63,094 nucleotides of DNA, filler included, from Octopus bimaculoides (GCF_001194135.2; 6 parts of 6 records of this genome joined end to end with filler, not necessarily neighbours in it), one strand, 5' to 3'. Positions 41,355-54,858 are shown, numbered from the whole stretch's first letter. A program made the numbers and translations. Notes: a model not told the origin generated them from the letters alone.

Positions 41355-42049
41355 CCTCATCATCATTTTTATCACCCATAAAATAGTAAATTAACTAACA
41401 TTCAACTTAAGTTCCATACAATATTTTTTTTTCTTTACAGGATTTTTATTTGTATCCTTTTCTTTTCTTTTTTTCTACGTTCGTAATAATATTTTGGTGA
41501 AAATACGTTAAAATCAAATTCGTGTGATTTGAAAACCACATAACTGCCAATTCTCTGTTTAATAAAACAGCAAAAACAAAGACAACCAAATAAATAACAA
41601 ATAAATGGCACTTACAAACAATACCGAGAAATTTCATTCTTTTGTTGTAATTGTTGTTGTTGCTAAGGAATGTTGTTTTTATTTAAGCGCTAATTCCTGA
41701 ACTATCAATAGGTTTTATTATGATAAAATCGCTTCCAATTGCGTGATTTATTAACCAGTTATCCGTTCACCTCGAATATCCCTCCCTTAACAAAACAGAA
41801 TCAAGCTACACAATTACTGGCATCCGAAGGTGGCGAGAATAGAATTTCGGTGTAATTTTACGAGTCTTTATGGGTGTTCTCATTTATTTATTTATTTATT
41901 TATTTATTCATCTATTTATTTATTATTTAGCATTTTACAACTTAACAACATGTCTTTATGATTATAACTTAAGACAGCTACACCTTAAATCAATACCCTA
42001 CAAGCCAAAAGGGGAAAGTCTACGAGATTGTCTGGTTTGCTGGAAACAG

Positions 42050-42360
42050 CAGCAAATTCTAAGAAAGGTCTCTTTGCAACCAGGTGGTTTCGGGTTCAGT
42101 CCCGCTGCGCGGCATTTTGGACAAGTATCTTCTACTATAGCCCCGGACCGCCTAATGCCTTGTGGAAAAATCTGCGTCGCATAGATGTGTGGATGGTTTT
42201 GTGTTTGTAATTCTTTCTGCGCCAAGCAACAACCGGTAGTGCTTAGTTAATTTCTCCGAACTTTAGCGGATCGACAAAAGAGTGGATGATAGATTGGTTA
42301 TCAGACTTTAAAAGATAGGTACTGGCTCGCAGTCCAGCATATGAAGCAAGTAAAAGATAA
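42050..42360 (+). mobile_element. CORE-type SINE
   Basis: ggtttcgggttcagtcccgctgcgcggcattttggacaagtatcttctactatagccccgg (B box plus CORE-like block). Confidence 0.7.
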
Positions 42361-42679
42361 AATATCATATTTCTGAAACGAAATTTCAAGAAAATGAACA
42401 CGACAGCAACGCAAATGATCGGTTACAATTTGGCATCATGAACTGTAGCTTAAAACCTAAGACATGTTGACCATAAATCAATAAAATACAAACCAATCGG
42501 AGAATCTCTAGAATGCTACCTGGCTTCGCTACAATAACAAAGACAATCTCCAATAAATCACATGTTTTACATTGTGAAAATAGAATCTTGTCCTTGGATA
42601 ACGACCGTTACTTCCTGTTTGCTTACCCTTAGGAAGTATGAAATGTGGCTGATAATTCCTTCAAAGTTTATTTTTGTTA

Positions 42680-42875
42680 CAGTTATTCAAATCCCAAGAA
42701 AACCCCTCAATACATGGCTATGATGCTCCCCCCTCCCCACACACACACATATGCATACACTATTGGTCATAATCAGAGCTGCACATATTGTCAACCACTA
42801 AGGGACATGCTTCAGCGGCTAAGGTGAAGCAGGTTATAAGCAAATCTGTGGTATTGAGCAGAATATTTGCTATAA
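42680..42875. mobile_element. Fragment of the ~540-bp element, opposite orientation to copies 1 and 2
   Basis: catggctatgatgctcccc...ccactaagggacatgct...gcaaatctgtggtattgagcagaatatttgct is the reverse complement of blocks in copies 1 and 2. Confidence 0.75.
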
Positions 42876-43527
42876 CGATATTTCTGCTTCAGCAAGTCAT
42901 CGTTAAATCTGTCTGAAATTTAATGGAAAATAGGTCAGTTTCAAAACATTGACATCCAGGTCATCTTTCCATTTTTACAAGGTAATGATTGATTTTCGCT
43001 CTTTGTCCATTCACCAAATCAGAACTTCTAAGACATCTCCCTCAAGTTACCTGTATAAACGAGTGGTAGTCCTCTTTGGAGGAAGAAATTTCTGCGGGGT
43101 TTGTGTTACTACCATTATTCTGCATCTTTAATTTTTCATCAAATTCCTTATTCATGCAGTGTATGTTGATCGTATTTATCAGATACCTTCAATTAGGTTT
43201 GGACTTCAATACCAGCGTACATTTCTTCAAATATACAGTTTCATTTTTACCTTCCTGTTTTGTGAACAACATCACTGAGTTCCACTAAGTCTAGATGCAT
43301 GTAACTCTTGTCTTCAGATTCTATAACTCCGCTTTCCTATAAAATAGTTCTATTAACATTGACAGGTGTCGGATAAATGCCTTACTCTATTTATGTGGTT
43401 CTTTACATCTTCTTTTCGAATCCATCTCAGGTTTTATCTTTTAAAGTACTGGGACCAATGGTATCAAGTAAATCCCTTCTTAAAATTGTTGGTCATGTTC
43501 CTAAATCAGAAACCATTATTATTATTA

Positions 43528-43567
<40 letters not shown>

Positions 43568-44862
43568 GGCTTGAGAGATACATCAAGATTAATAATGTCT
43601 TTTTTTTTTAATTTATTCGCTTACAGAGACCCTTCGGAATTTGGAAGCCTGCTCTTACAGGGTTTAGGCAAAGGATTAAGGTTTGTTTTTTTTAGAAATT
43701 TTTTCCTCACTTTGTTCACGTACAGAAAAAAATGCCTGTCAAAATTACCAGACACACACCACGAGAGAAAAAGATAAAAGCCATATTTTTATGCACAAAC
43801 ATAAATATAAAAAATAACAAGAAATTATTGTACTTCAGAACACGTCTGTAGTAAAAGAAATAGAAAATCTACAGAGATTTTCTACCAAAAACTTCACGTA
43901 TGCAAACTCAAAGAAACAAAAGTGGTTTGGGAAAGTTATATTAAGCCATGCATTCTCTCTTTCCTGCAATGATACTTGTACTAATTAACAAGGAACGAAG
44001 ATATCTGTTTGTGCAATATAAAAATGGCGGTTGTGTTTCATTTAACCTCAAAGCAAGGCTTAGAGGAAGCATTATCCGAAATATTGTTAAAAAATACCAT
44101 TCAATGACTCAAAGTCGAAGATATTGACGGTTTGTTTTAGAGCTGGAAACATAACGAGATTAGCTGAAATGGTACGGCACATACCAACACTTAAATTTGG
44201 AATCCAGTTCCTTGGTTGGAGAAATACAAATAGAAAGGTCGGGTTCATATTCATGATGTTTGATCCTGGGGGTGGTATTTCTTACCTGATGATTCGAAGA
44301 CACTGGAAAACGGAGGAGAAACAAAATAAAATCGGTCATCAGCGACGGGAGTAACAAGAACACCATGCCTTATTTTTCAGAGTATCATTAGTTGCAACAT
44401 CGATGTTGGCAGAGGTCACAAATTGGTTCTACAAATTAGAAACTAGCCAGTCTGCCTCCACAGTCAAGGTATTCAACAGCGCCACATAATTCTCGTTTGA
44501 TGATAAGGCCGAAAATATGGAGGCCGATTTAGCGGAAGATATTGGCAACGAATTTAATGAGGGGGAAAATAAAAGAAAATTTTAAATTCCAACGAATAGC
44601 GACGTAAAAATTAAGAGCACTAATTCCTCAATACAAGGTACTGGGTTGGGTTTCAAGGTCACGTGACTAGATATTACAATGTTCTTATATTATACAGCGA
44701 TACCAAAGACGAAATATTCGGAGACAAGTGTTTATTATGAAATGAATATTATAACAAACGAGAGAGAGACTATTGATAAAATTCCTAGTGACATATTAGG
44801 ATTAGCTCAAAACAGGTGACCTCAAGCTTGATGTTACATTCCTAACCCACGCAAATAATATA

Positions 44863-44902
<40 letters not shown>

Positions 44903-44912
44903 NNNNNNNNNN

Positions 44913-44946
<34 letters not shown>

Positions 44947-45292
44947 GAAACACAGTATATATTATTTTATGAGCTACTAATAGTGCCATGCAATGAAAAT
45001 AACACTGAGAGCATTTATTATTACTTTAATAATAATTAATAATGAGCGACGAACAGTCAGACTCGTTAGCGAATCAGAAAAAAAAAAGCAAAGCATTATA
45101 TCCTGCTGTTTACGTTCAATGTCCAAATGCAAACGAGATCAACATTCCTCGAAAAATCAAAGTACCAGTCAAGTACTACGATTGATGTATTCCACTTACT
45201 CACTTCCCCTAAAACTGATGTCCTTGCGCCAAAAATTAGAAATAATATCACAATAATTAATAACATAGTCATCATTATCTTCATCACTTGTT

Positions 45293-45337
<45 letters not shown>

Positions 45338-45615
45338 ATATTCAGGTCTTCACGAAAAAAGAGCATGCAATTTATTTCTGGTAATAACGGTTACTAAATA
45401 CCCTGTACCCGCTCCTTCCCCCTCGTTTCCTACCTGCCTGTCTGTTTGTCTGTCTGAGCTGCCTCTCTCACTGTCTGACTCTCTCTCTATCTATCTCTCC
45501 CTTTCTTCCTTCCTCCATCCCTTACTCTCTCCAACATACATCTCTCCCATGGTAACTAAAAGTCCTACATTTAGATGTCAAATATTCTTTTGATGTTTTG
45601 TTGCTTTTCCATATG

Positions 45616-45646
<31 letters not shown>

Positions 45647-46078
45647 NNNNNNNNNNNNNNNNNNNNNNNNNNNNNNNNNNNNNNNNNNNNTTAATTAATT
45701 AANNNNNNNNNNNNNNNNNNNNNNNNNNNNNNNNNNNNNNNNNNNNTGTGTGTATGCATGATTACAACGCAAATGTTTTATGAGATTTGTTTCTTATTTG
45801 TTGTTAATGCTCTCCTTGGAACCCTCTGTATCTTTAATCTGGAACCTACATTAGATCGGGAAATTGCATACGAGTGTGCACGGGTATATAATTTCTTGCA
45901 CATGTATATTTTTATGTCTGTCTATATTTGTGTGTGCATGTGCATGTGTTTGTAAATGTATGAGTCTGTTTGTATATACATGGGTATATATGGGTGTGTT
46001 TGCATAAGGTGTATACGCAGTGTGGAGATTTCGACCCTGGTTTGGTGTTCTAAATATTAGAATGCCTTGATTCAAATA

Positions 46079-46140
<62 letters not shown>

Positions 46141-46184
46141 ATATATATAAATTTACATACATATGTATCTATGTATGTATATTA

Positions 46185-47275
46185 CATGCAAAGATACGTG
46201 TAAGGGAAATAATATTCTTAAGATTATAAACCTGGAAAACTAGAGGATAAGTTATTACACTTGGAATAGTTAAGGACATCTTATTACATCTGGTGCAGTA
46301 CAGAACAAGAAAAGTTTTACTTAAAATATTGCAGGTAAGGGCAAAATTTAAAATAAAATATTTAGATTTAGAAAATATTAGCTTTTATTACAACTAAAAA
46401 TTATTATTACAAGTTATTACCTCTATTTGTTATTAATTGTTACTATTATCAACAATATAAAAGAACTCAAAATATCTTTAGCACTTTAAAAAAAATCATT
46501 TTCCCATTATTAATTATGAGAAATTTGGAAATAAGTCATAACATATACTAATAAAAATAAATAAATGCGCCCTTTTAAAGCCTAGCCAGGCTCATGGGCC
46601 CGGTTTCCCGGGTGTATGCGTTCCCCAGCTGGATGAGACGCCAGTCCATCGCAGCGGTATTCATTTTTTGCCACCTGAGTGGACTGGAGCAACATGAAAA
46701 TGAAGTGTTTTGCTCAAGAACACAAAGCGTTGACCGATCCTGGAATCGAAACCACAATCTTACGATCATGGTGCTGACACCCTAACCACTAAGCCACGCG
46801 CCTCCACATAAAATATAATAGTAGTATATTATTAGTTAGCACAATAAATAGAATAATACAAAAATTAGTTATATTTTACAGTAAAAATCTACAAATAACA
46901 ACAAATTAATGAGTTATTGCTAAGTCCTCACATTTTAAGTCTTCACCTAATGCCTATTTTTTACTTAATGAATTTGCCTAAGGTATATACTATTCTACCT
47001 TGAATAAAACTTAAGCTATATTGGGACAGCTGGCTTTCGTTTTTAAAGTATTCTAGTGTGTTAATATTTTAACAAAATGATGGTACCTTTTATAGTTATA
47101 ATAATTTTTAATATTCAAATTTTGGCTGCAATATTTTAAGTAAAAACTTTCCTGTTCTCTACTTCGCCAGTTGTAATATGTTGCGCTCAGCTTTTCCAAG
47201 TGTAATAACTTATCCTGCAATTTTCCAGGTTTATAATCTTAAGAATATTCTTTTTCTTACTCGCATTTTTCCATG
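46185..47275. mobile_element. TA-flanked non-autonomous DNA transposon (MITE) with ~165-bp imperfect TIRs
   Basis: TA|CATG at 46183-46188 and CATG|TA at 47272-47277. 46185-46350 matches the reverse complement of 47110-47275 (aatattcttaagattataaacctggaaaa, ggataagttattacacttggaa). Confidence 0.82.
46564..46807 (-). mobile_element. tRNA-derived V-domain-like SINE nested in the MITE
   Basis: Reverse complement gtggaggcgcgtggcttagtggttagggtgtcagc...gcgatggactggcgtctcatccag; homologous to 13953-14195. Confidence 0.8.
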
Positions 47276-47521
47276 TAGTCTATGTTTTTCCCAGGCTATG
47301 CTATCATGCTAATTAATCATATTTCAAATGTGTCAATTAGCGGTGACATTGATAATTCTTTCTTTACCCGAATGAGGCCGATGACATATATTAACAGTCC
47401 CTTTCTAGAACTATATTATAAAAAGAGTATAGAAGTTAAAGAAGTGATTTTAAATTCTCAATCGCAGAATAATGCAGCCTGAACAGGATAAACTACTCCT
47501 ATTTTGCAGCAAAGGTGTAGG

Positions 47522-47596
47522 TGGCTAGCTGTGGACTCGAACTCACATCCCTGTGATTACGCGTCACGATGCTTTGACCGATTAAGCTAAACTACC
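47522..47596 (-). pseudogene. Degenerate tRNA-like sequence (Thr-CGT-like anticodon position)
   Basis: GGTAGTTTAGCTTAATCGGTCAAAGCATCGTGACGCGTAATCACAGGGATGTGAGTTCGAGTCCACAGCTAGCCA has A box, B box and a partial cloverleaf with bulges, and lacks U33. Confidence 0.5.
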
Positions 47597-48146
47597 CACT
47601 ACAAATTCCTCTGCAAATTTAAGATGTATAGAAATCTCGCTTTATGAGACGCTCAACAATGAAATTCCTGAAATTTGGCTTAATTAAAATATAGTCTGTT
47701 TTAAAAATACAAAAGTTAATTATACTTAAATTCAATTTTTTGCCTTCTATTTTTTCATGATACTTTACCTCCCAACTTTTTTTGTACAAACTTTTGTTGA
47801 ATGGGAACAAAACTATGTAATTTTTCATGCTTTCTTCTATTATTGAAGCTATGATAATATATATTTTGCTTTTAGAATAAAAAGTTATTAAGCTCTAAGC
47901 TTGATTGTTGGCGTTACTTACCCTCCTATAACGTTGCTACAAAGTTTGATGCAATTCTTTTTCTATTGGACCAAATTTCATTTAGTTTCATTCCAAAATA
48001 TAGCTAGGGATCAGGACATTTTTAAAATATGGTAACAGTTTTTCATTTACATGAGAACTGAATTAGCAACAATGTTCTGAAAGATGCAGCGTGTGAGTAA
48101 ATTGCGGCCTTAAGTATATTATTCAACTATCACGGTATGTGAATGA

Positions 48147-48210
<64 letters not shown>

Positions 48211-49124
48211 TGTGTGTGTGTGTGTGTAATCATAGTCATAAGCAATGGCCGCATGCTCGTTCATTCTATAGAAATCCGTTAGTGTGGGCATATAGTTTCA
48301 CTGTTATGAAGACATAGCAGCAGAAATGTCGCGTGACTGTGGACGTTACCCCAGTTAGTATACATATGTCTGTCTAAGCGTATGTGCCTGTGTGCGGAGT
48401 GCGTGTTTGTATATATTTATATATAGAACTAAACATAACACAAGGCAGCGTACATCATTGGTATTATCAAGAGGTAACAGAAATGATGGCACAAAAGCAA
48501 CGTATACTTTCGTTGTTATGCAGATCTATAGCTGTAGACATTCCAAAGTGTAATATATCGTATATTTGAGATGTATTATTAACTAGGCATAACAAAAGCC
48601 AACATACATTCTCACTATTATATAGGTTTATAGCTGTTGATGCTGTACTAAGAAACGTATCAAAGAAAACATATTTCTTTATTTACACCAATATTTCGAT
48701 GATATGGTTTTGTTAAATGTATATTTAAAGCCACCCATAAGTAGTTTTGTGATTTTCCGTTGTTCGCGCTATATGCAAATTAGTGAATTATTAATATTAT
48801 GTTATTTTTTTTCTTATATATTTTCCTTAGCGAATGACTGGAAATACAATTATTCATTTAGGCACAATCCTGATACTTATATTCAGATTTAGAGGGAAAA
48901 CATGGAAATGCAATTATAATAATTGTGATTTGACCTCTATCGGAATAGATTTCTTTCTAATATATAAAACAATATTTATCACCTACTAAGATTACGAACG
49001 AAGTCAATATTTCGCTGTATAAATATTCTCTCCCCCACCACCACCAACTCACACACAATCATTTCAATCCTGATGACCATTGTCATCATCTTGACCATTA
49101 TTTTATTGCTATTAACACCAACTG

Positions 49125-49330
49125 ACAATCGGTAGCACGCTGGTCAATGTGCTTCGCAGAATGTCGTCCGTATTCACGGTTTAAGTTCTAGTTTCTCCGA
49201 GGTCGTCTCTGCCATTCATTTCTTCGCGATCACTAAAATAAACGGGAGATGAGTCCTGGCGTCGATATAATCGATTTACTCCCGCCCTCGAAATTGCCGG
49301 CCTTGTGCCAGAATTTAAAATAAATATTCT
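49125..49330 (+). mobile_element. Nin-domain SINE, decayed
   Basis: aatcggtagcacgctgg...ccgaggtcgtctctgccattcat...gtcgatataatcgattt...ggccttgtgccagaattt. Confidence 0.7.
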
Positions 49331-49442
49331 TAAACCTTTGAAGATGATTCGAAGCTACACAGGAGTGTGAAATTCACCTCCTTGTGTGTAATGCCTGGTT
49401 CTGCATACCAATATTGAAGTAGTGTATACATAAATACACGCG

Positions 49443-49481
<39 letters not shown>

Positions 49482-49483
49482 AC

Positions 49484-49564
<81 letters not shown>

Positions 49565-51164
49565 GGGCATTAATAATTGTAAAAGGTTAATTTCATTATA
49601 TGTTGAAGTGCAGTTGGTATTTTCGTATATGTATCACAGCCTGACATTTATTTTGAAATTAGAAATACTATCGTACTATATTGCTCAACCGTTTGTTTCT
49701 CACTTGCCAGCGATTTCAACAGAGACATTTTATACGTCGCGCATTAACTTATGGTTCAGAGCAATTCCATTAATTTCCATGCACATTTTAAAAAGTAAAT
49801 TCACTTAGAGTGATTATTAAAGATAATCTCTCCAAGAGAAGGTGCAAAAAGAATCTAAGAATCACATCTGTGGTGAATTTTATTTGACATTAAATATTTC
49901 AAACACTTACCAACAGCAACATAAATTATACTGTAAAAGAAAATCAGAATATTAATTCTTGGAATAGATTTATTTATGTTTTCTTCAATGTATATGACTT
50001 GATCAGAGAGATAGTTCTTTTGGGCATGTGTGCTTCGTTTCAATAGAGCTATATAATATTGTATTCTTTGTAACTTAATGATTCTGTCTAAATACATTTC
50101 CAAAGCTTCTTTCCCAATAACAGTAAGTTTTCGTTTTCTATTTGTTTTTCCGTTATCTGTAAAACCAGGTCTGATCACGTGCGATCGCAACTGCCATTCA
50201 CCCGTCACGTAAACAGATATACTAGGCAGTTGTAATGTATTTGATCAGCATCAAGGGATTAGATAGAAGGAATACAACCACATTGTAAAGAATAAACTAT
50301 AGAGAAAGCAGCGGAAGCTATATAAAATAAAAAGAAAATCACATGATGCATTATTTACATATTGGTTTTACTGTTTTCGATGTATTCCACATTTTCGATA
50401 TTCATTTACATGTCATTTTACACTTTTGCATGAATATATTCTCTACTATCAAGTATCTTTAGTGATTATTTTTCTCTATTTGAAGGTAAAAGGAAACAAA
50501 AACATCATAAGCGAGATGTAAATATATGTATACAGAAAATTTTCAGTTGGGATCCTATATTCTAGCCGAATATCACGTTAAACTAGACTGTATCTATACA
50601 GTTATGTCTATTTGAATGTACGATTGAGTGAAAGGTATATCGATCTTTTCGTTTTATTATTAAGCTTTAGTCAATGCAGGTTAACAGGACCAGAAAAAGA
50701 AATCATTCCAAAACAGATGATTAAACTGATGAGAAATATTGTATATTGGTATGATAGTTTTATTACTTTAAGTCCCTTCAGTATTAAACTATCACACATT
50801 ATACATGCATAGCTAAATGTTTATATTTACACATATTTATACACATCTCCTTCGCACTCACACACATGCACACAGAGAAAATCACACACGTTTTATTCGT
50901 ACCGGCAACAGAAGTAATCACACAAACTTAGAAATCACACAAACTTAATCAGCGAGAGAAATTGGAACGCATCTAAACATTCGAATTTGAGTGAATGTGT
51001 CGGTGTTGTCACGACAACATAGAATATATCTACCACATGATCAACAGCTGTCTTATATATCCACTCGTTAATGAGATATGAAATTTTGACTGAGAGTAAT
51101 TTTAATTAGTTGCTAAATTAAAACAGAATTCCAATTTATCTTAGCATTTAACTATTAATAAGTA

Positions 51165-51353
51165 TAATGATTTCAGATTTTGGCAAAAGGCCAGCAATTT
51201 CAGGGGATGAGGTAAGTTGATTGCATCAACCCGAGTGCCCGACTGGTACTTAATTTATCGACTCCGAAATGATGAATGGTAAACTCGACCTATGGGCCGA
51301 AATACCGCTAAGCATTAGACCCGGCATGCTAAAAATACTACCAGCTTGCTGCT
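51165..51353 (-). mobile_element. Nin-domain SINE
   Basis: ttttggcaaaaggccagcaatttc...actggtacttaatttatcgactccgaaatgatgaa...gaaataccgctaagcatt. Confidence 0.78.
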
Positions 51354-51418
51354 TTCAAAAACTATAATAATAGTAATAATAATAATCATAATAATAATAA
51401 TGATAATAATAAGAAGAA

Positions 51419-51490
<72 letters not shown>

Positions 51491-51504
51491 TATTATTATT
51501 ATTG

Positions 51505-51806
51505 ATCAATAAAGCCATAACTGAAGACAGCCGCAGAAAGAAGAAAGGCCTCAGTATGGCCTGGGTGGACTACCAAAAGGCTTTCGACAGTGTTCCCCAC
51601 ACGTGGATTCTGGAAACACTAGCCATAAACAAGGTGGCACCAATTATCATAAAATACATAGAGCACTCAATGAACAAATGGCAGACAGTGCTACAGCTCC
51701 AAACAAAAGAGGGACTTGTGAAAACGAAAGCCATCCCCATTAGAAGAGGAATATTCCAGGGAGACACGCTCTCTCCACTCCTGTTCTGCCTGGCACTCAC
51801 ACCTTT
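51505..51806 (+). mobile_element. R4/Dong-type RT fragment with open frame, cut by a gap
   Basis: AWVDYQKAFDSVPHTWI...RRGIFQGDTLSPLLFCLALTP with no stops over ~100 codons. Confidence 0.9.
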
Positions 51807-51975
51807 NNNNNNNNNNNNNNNNNNNNNNNNNNNNNNNNNNNNNNNNNNNNTTAATTAATTAANNNNNNNNNNNNNNNNNNNNNNNNNNNNNNNNNNNNNN
51901 NNNNNNTATTCCGGTTGTGGGGTACTTCCAGCTCCTGTGTGTCGGGAAGATTTGAACCAGTAGCAGATTTCTCAG

Positions 51976-52011
<36 letters not shown>

Positions 52012-52305
52012 TATTGTCATTGCACAGCTTCTAACGCTGGAAATGTACTACAGTGCCAGCTCTTCACTACCAGTGAACTATGATGACATCCCTTATTTTT
52101 CGAGCACCATCCGGAGTATTCGAGCAGTTCCAAGCAGTGCTGTTTTCTGCAAGTGCTCCACCCTTATTGCAGCCCCTATTTGTTCCATGTACTACTCAAG
52201 ATTTTTACTCCCTGTTCCCAGGGCTCCGAATAATATTGGCACTACTACCACCTTTTTCAGCGACCACAAGTGCTTAACCTCCGTAGCTAACCTGTCATAT
52301 CTATC
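52012..52305 (-). mobile_element. R4/Dong-type RLE C-terminus and 3' end in (TAA)n
   Basis: Minus strand DRYDRLATEVKHLWSLKKVVVVPIILGALG...EHLQKTALLGTARILRMVLEK*; (ATT)n on both sides. Confidence 0.85.
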
Positions 52306-52307
52306 GA

Positions 52308-52376
<69 letters not shown>

Positions 52377-52705
52377 TACCATCATCATCATCATTATACT
52401 TTTATCAGTGTCTATTGCCGTTCCATGTTCGTCAACATGTTTCTGAGAAGTGCACAGCATTGTCTTTTTAGTAGGGGTAATAATCTGTACTATATCAGTT
52501 TTCTTTGTTATTTTATTTATTATTGTTTGATGTTGCTTCAGTGTATCTTCTGTTCGTTGTGTAGAATAAGTATGGAATGCGTTGTCTTGTTGGGCAGTGA
52601 ATATGCTTCATGTATGTTATCTAAGTTGTGGTGATTGCATACAAGTACGTACTTTGTGAGTTACGTTAACACTTGAAGTTAGTGTGTGTGTGCGTGCGTG
52701 CGTGC

Positions 52706-52744
<39 letters not shown>

Positions 52745-53260
52745 NNNNNNNNNNNNNNNNNNNNNNNNNNNNNNNNNNNNNNNNNNNNNNNNNNNNNNNN
52801 NNNNNNNNNNNNNNNNNNNNNNNNNNNNNNNNNNNNNNNNNNNNNNNNNNNNNNNNNNNNNNNNNNNNNNNNNNNNNNNNNNNNNNNNNNNNNNNNNNNN
52901 NNNNNNNNNNNNNNNNNNNNNNNNNNNNNNNNNNNNNNNNNNNNNNNNNNNNNNNNNNNNNNNNNNNNNNNNNNNNNNNNNNNNNNNNNNNNNNNNNNNN
53001 NNNNNNNNNNNNNNNNNNNNNNNNNNNNNNNNNNNNNNNNNNNNNNNNNNNNNNNNNNNNNNNNNNNNNNNNNNNNNNNNNNNNNNNNNNNNNNNNNNNN
53101 NNNNNNNNNNNNNNNNNNNNNNNNNNNNNNNNNNNNNNNNNNNNNNNNNNNNNNNNNNNNNNNNNNNNNNNNNNNNNNNNNNNNNNNNNNNNNNNNNNNN
53201 NNNNNNNNNNNNNNNNNNNNNNNNNNNNNNNNNNNNNNNNNNNNNNNNNNNNNNNNNNNN

Positions 53261-53317
<57 letters not shown>

Positions 53318-53642
53318 GCACAGAAACACACATACACAAATTGGTTCTGTGAGACGCGGGTATATGATGTGAAAAGCACAGATGTTCCCCCTGTAGACAC
53401 ATCTCAACCTGTGATTGAGTGTGTAATATATGTGTAAAGTGGCCTTATCTTGGTCCATTCTCCTGCTGAGTTTTACTTCGATTATGATCTATACAGCATT
53501 CACATCAACACCCTCACTAACACCCCCACTACCACTACTTAAGTAAGTGACCACTGAGGGCCCGCAACACAATGACAAAATATTCACGTTATTTTCTGTT
53601 TTAATACGATAAAAATATCATTAATAATCCAGATTCCGAAAT

Positions 53643-53856
53643 AAGGCTACGAGCTGGCAAAATCGTAAGCATGCCGGGCAAACTTCTTAGCGACATTTCT
53701 GTACTTACGTTCTGAGTTCAAACTTTGCCGAGGCCGATTTTACATTTCATCCTTTCAGAGTCGATGAAATAAATACCAGTTGATTACGGAATCGATACAC
53801 TCGACTTTCCCGTTCTCCGAAGTTGCTGGCCTTGTGCCAAAATTTGAAACCAGTAA
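53643..53856 (+). mobile_element. Nin-domain SINE
   Basis: gagctggcaaaatcgtaagcatgccgggc...ttacgttctgagttcaaa...tttcatcctttcagagtcgatgaaataaataccagt. Confidence 0.8.
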
Positions 53857-53937
53857 TTCATGTTCTGAAATGACTATTTTGAAACAATAAAATTATTAAT
53901 TTTGTTTTTACATTATACCTTTGATTGTTTCTTTCAG

Positions 53938-54092
53938 AGAAGGCGTGGTGTCAAAAGAGGCATATAAAACAACTATAAGTCACAATTGGCTTGGTGATAT
54001 GAAGTGTCCTCAAATTGCAAAACATATCCAAGACTGCACAAGTGTTATCAGAACTACTTGTTACAAGAAAATCGGTATCAGATGTTTTAACT
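53938..54092 (+). CDS. Internal exon: C-terminal half of SRCR domain A
   Basis: Acceptor gtttctttcag and donor gtgagt; phase 2 to phase 1. Encodes EGVVSKEAYKTTISHNWLGDMKCPQIAKHIQDCTSVIRTTCYKKIGIRCFN, with the SRCR C5-C8 pattern. Confidence 0.82.
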
Positions 54093-54139
54093 GTGAGTGC
54101 CAGCAATATACAATCTTGAAGTACATCAAATACACTATT

Positions 54140-54560
54140 ATAAAATTTGTAAAAAGTTTGCTTCCCAACCACATGCTTTGGGGTTTGATCCCACTGCATG
54201 ACACACCTAGGGCGAATATCTTCAACTATAGCCATGCGCTGACCAAAGTCTTTTGAGTGGATTTGGAAGACGGAAACTGAAAGGAGGATGTCGCGCGTAT
54301 ATACACACACATTTGTGTGTGTGTGTGTGTGTGTGTGACATTGATTGTGCTTGAGTTTGTCCCACACCACCGCTTAACCACCGGTGTTGGTCTGTTTATG
54401 TTGCCCCGTAACGTAGCAGTTCGGAAAAAGAGAGCTATAGAATAAGTACTGGGCTTAAAAAGAAAATAAGTACTAGGATTTATTCAATCGATTAAAAATC
54501 TTCCAAGGCGTTGCACCAGCATGAACGTAGTCCACTGACTGGATCAAGCCCTAGATAAAA
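54140..54560 (+). mobile_element. CORE-type SINE (bipartite, internal microsatellite)
   Basis: cttcccaaccacatg..ggggtttgatcccactgc...gagtggatttggaagacggaaactgaaag, then (TG)n, then accggtgttggtctgtttatg...aaggcgttgcaccagcatg. Confidence 0.72.
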
Positions 54561-54665
54561 GATGCACACGCACATACACACCCATATGTGTGTATATATA
54601 TACACACATATGTAATATGCTTTATTATTAGATGTTTTTGCAGCTGTGATAATTGTAAAGTGCAT

Positions 54666-54696
<31 letters not shown>

Positions 54697-54858
54697 NNNN
54701 NNNNNNNNNNNNNNNNNNNNNNNNNNNNNNNNNNNNNNNNNNNNNNNNNNNNNNNNNNNNNNNNNNNNNNNNNNNNNNNNNNNNNNNNNNNNNNNNNNNN
54801 NNNNNNNNNNNNNNNNNNNNNNNNNNTATGTATGTATGTATGTATGTATGTATACATA

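Noticed and set aside
45758-45955. GTLCIF resembling an SRCR WGTVC motif
   Set aside because: No VRL or VEV upstream and no tryptophan; chance similarity.
49855-50208. 117-aa minus-strand ORF
   Set aside because: No recognisable domain; only a 20-nt splice-bounded part is kept as a speculative finding.
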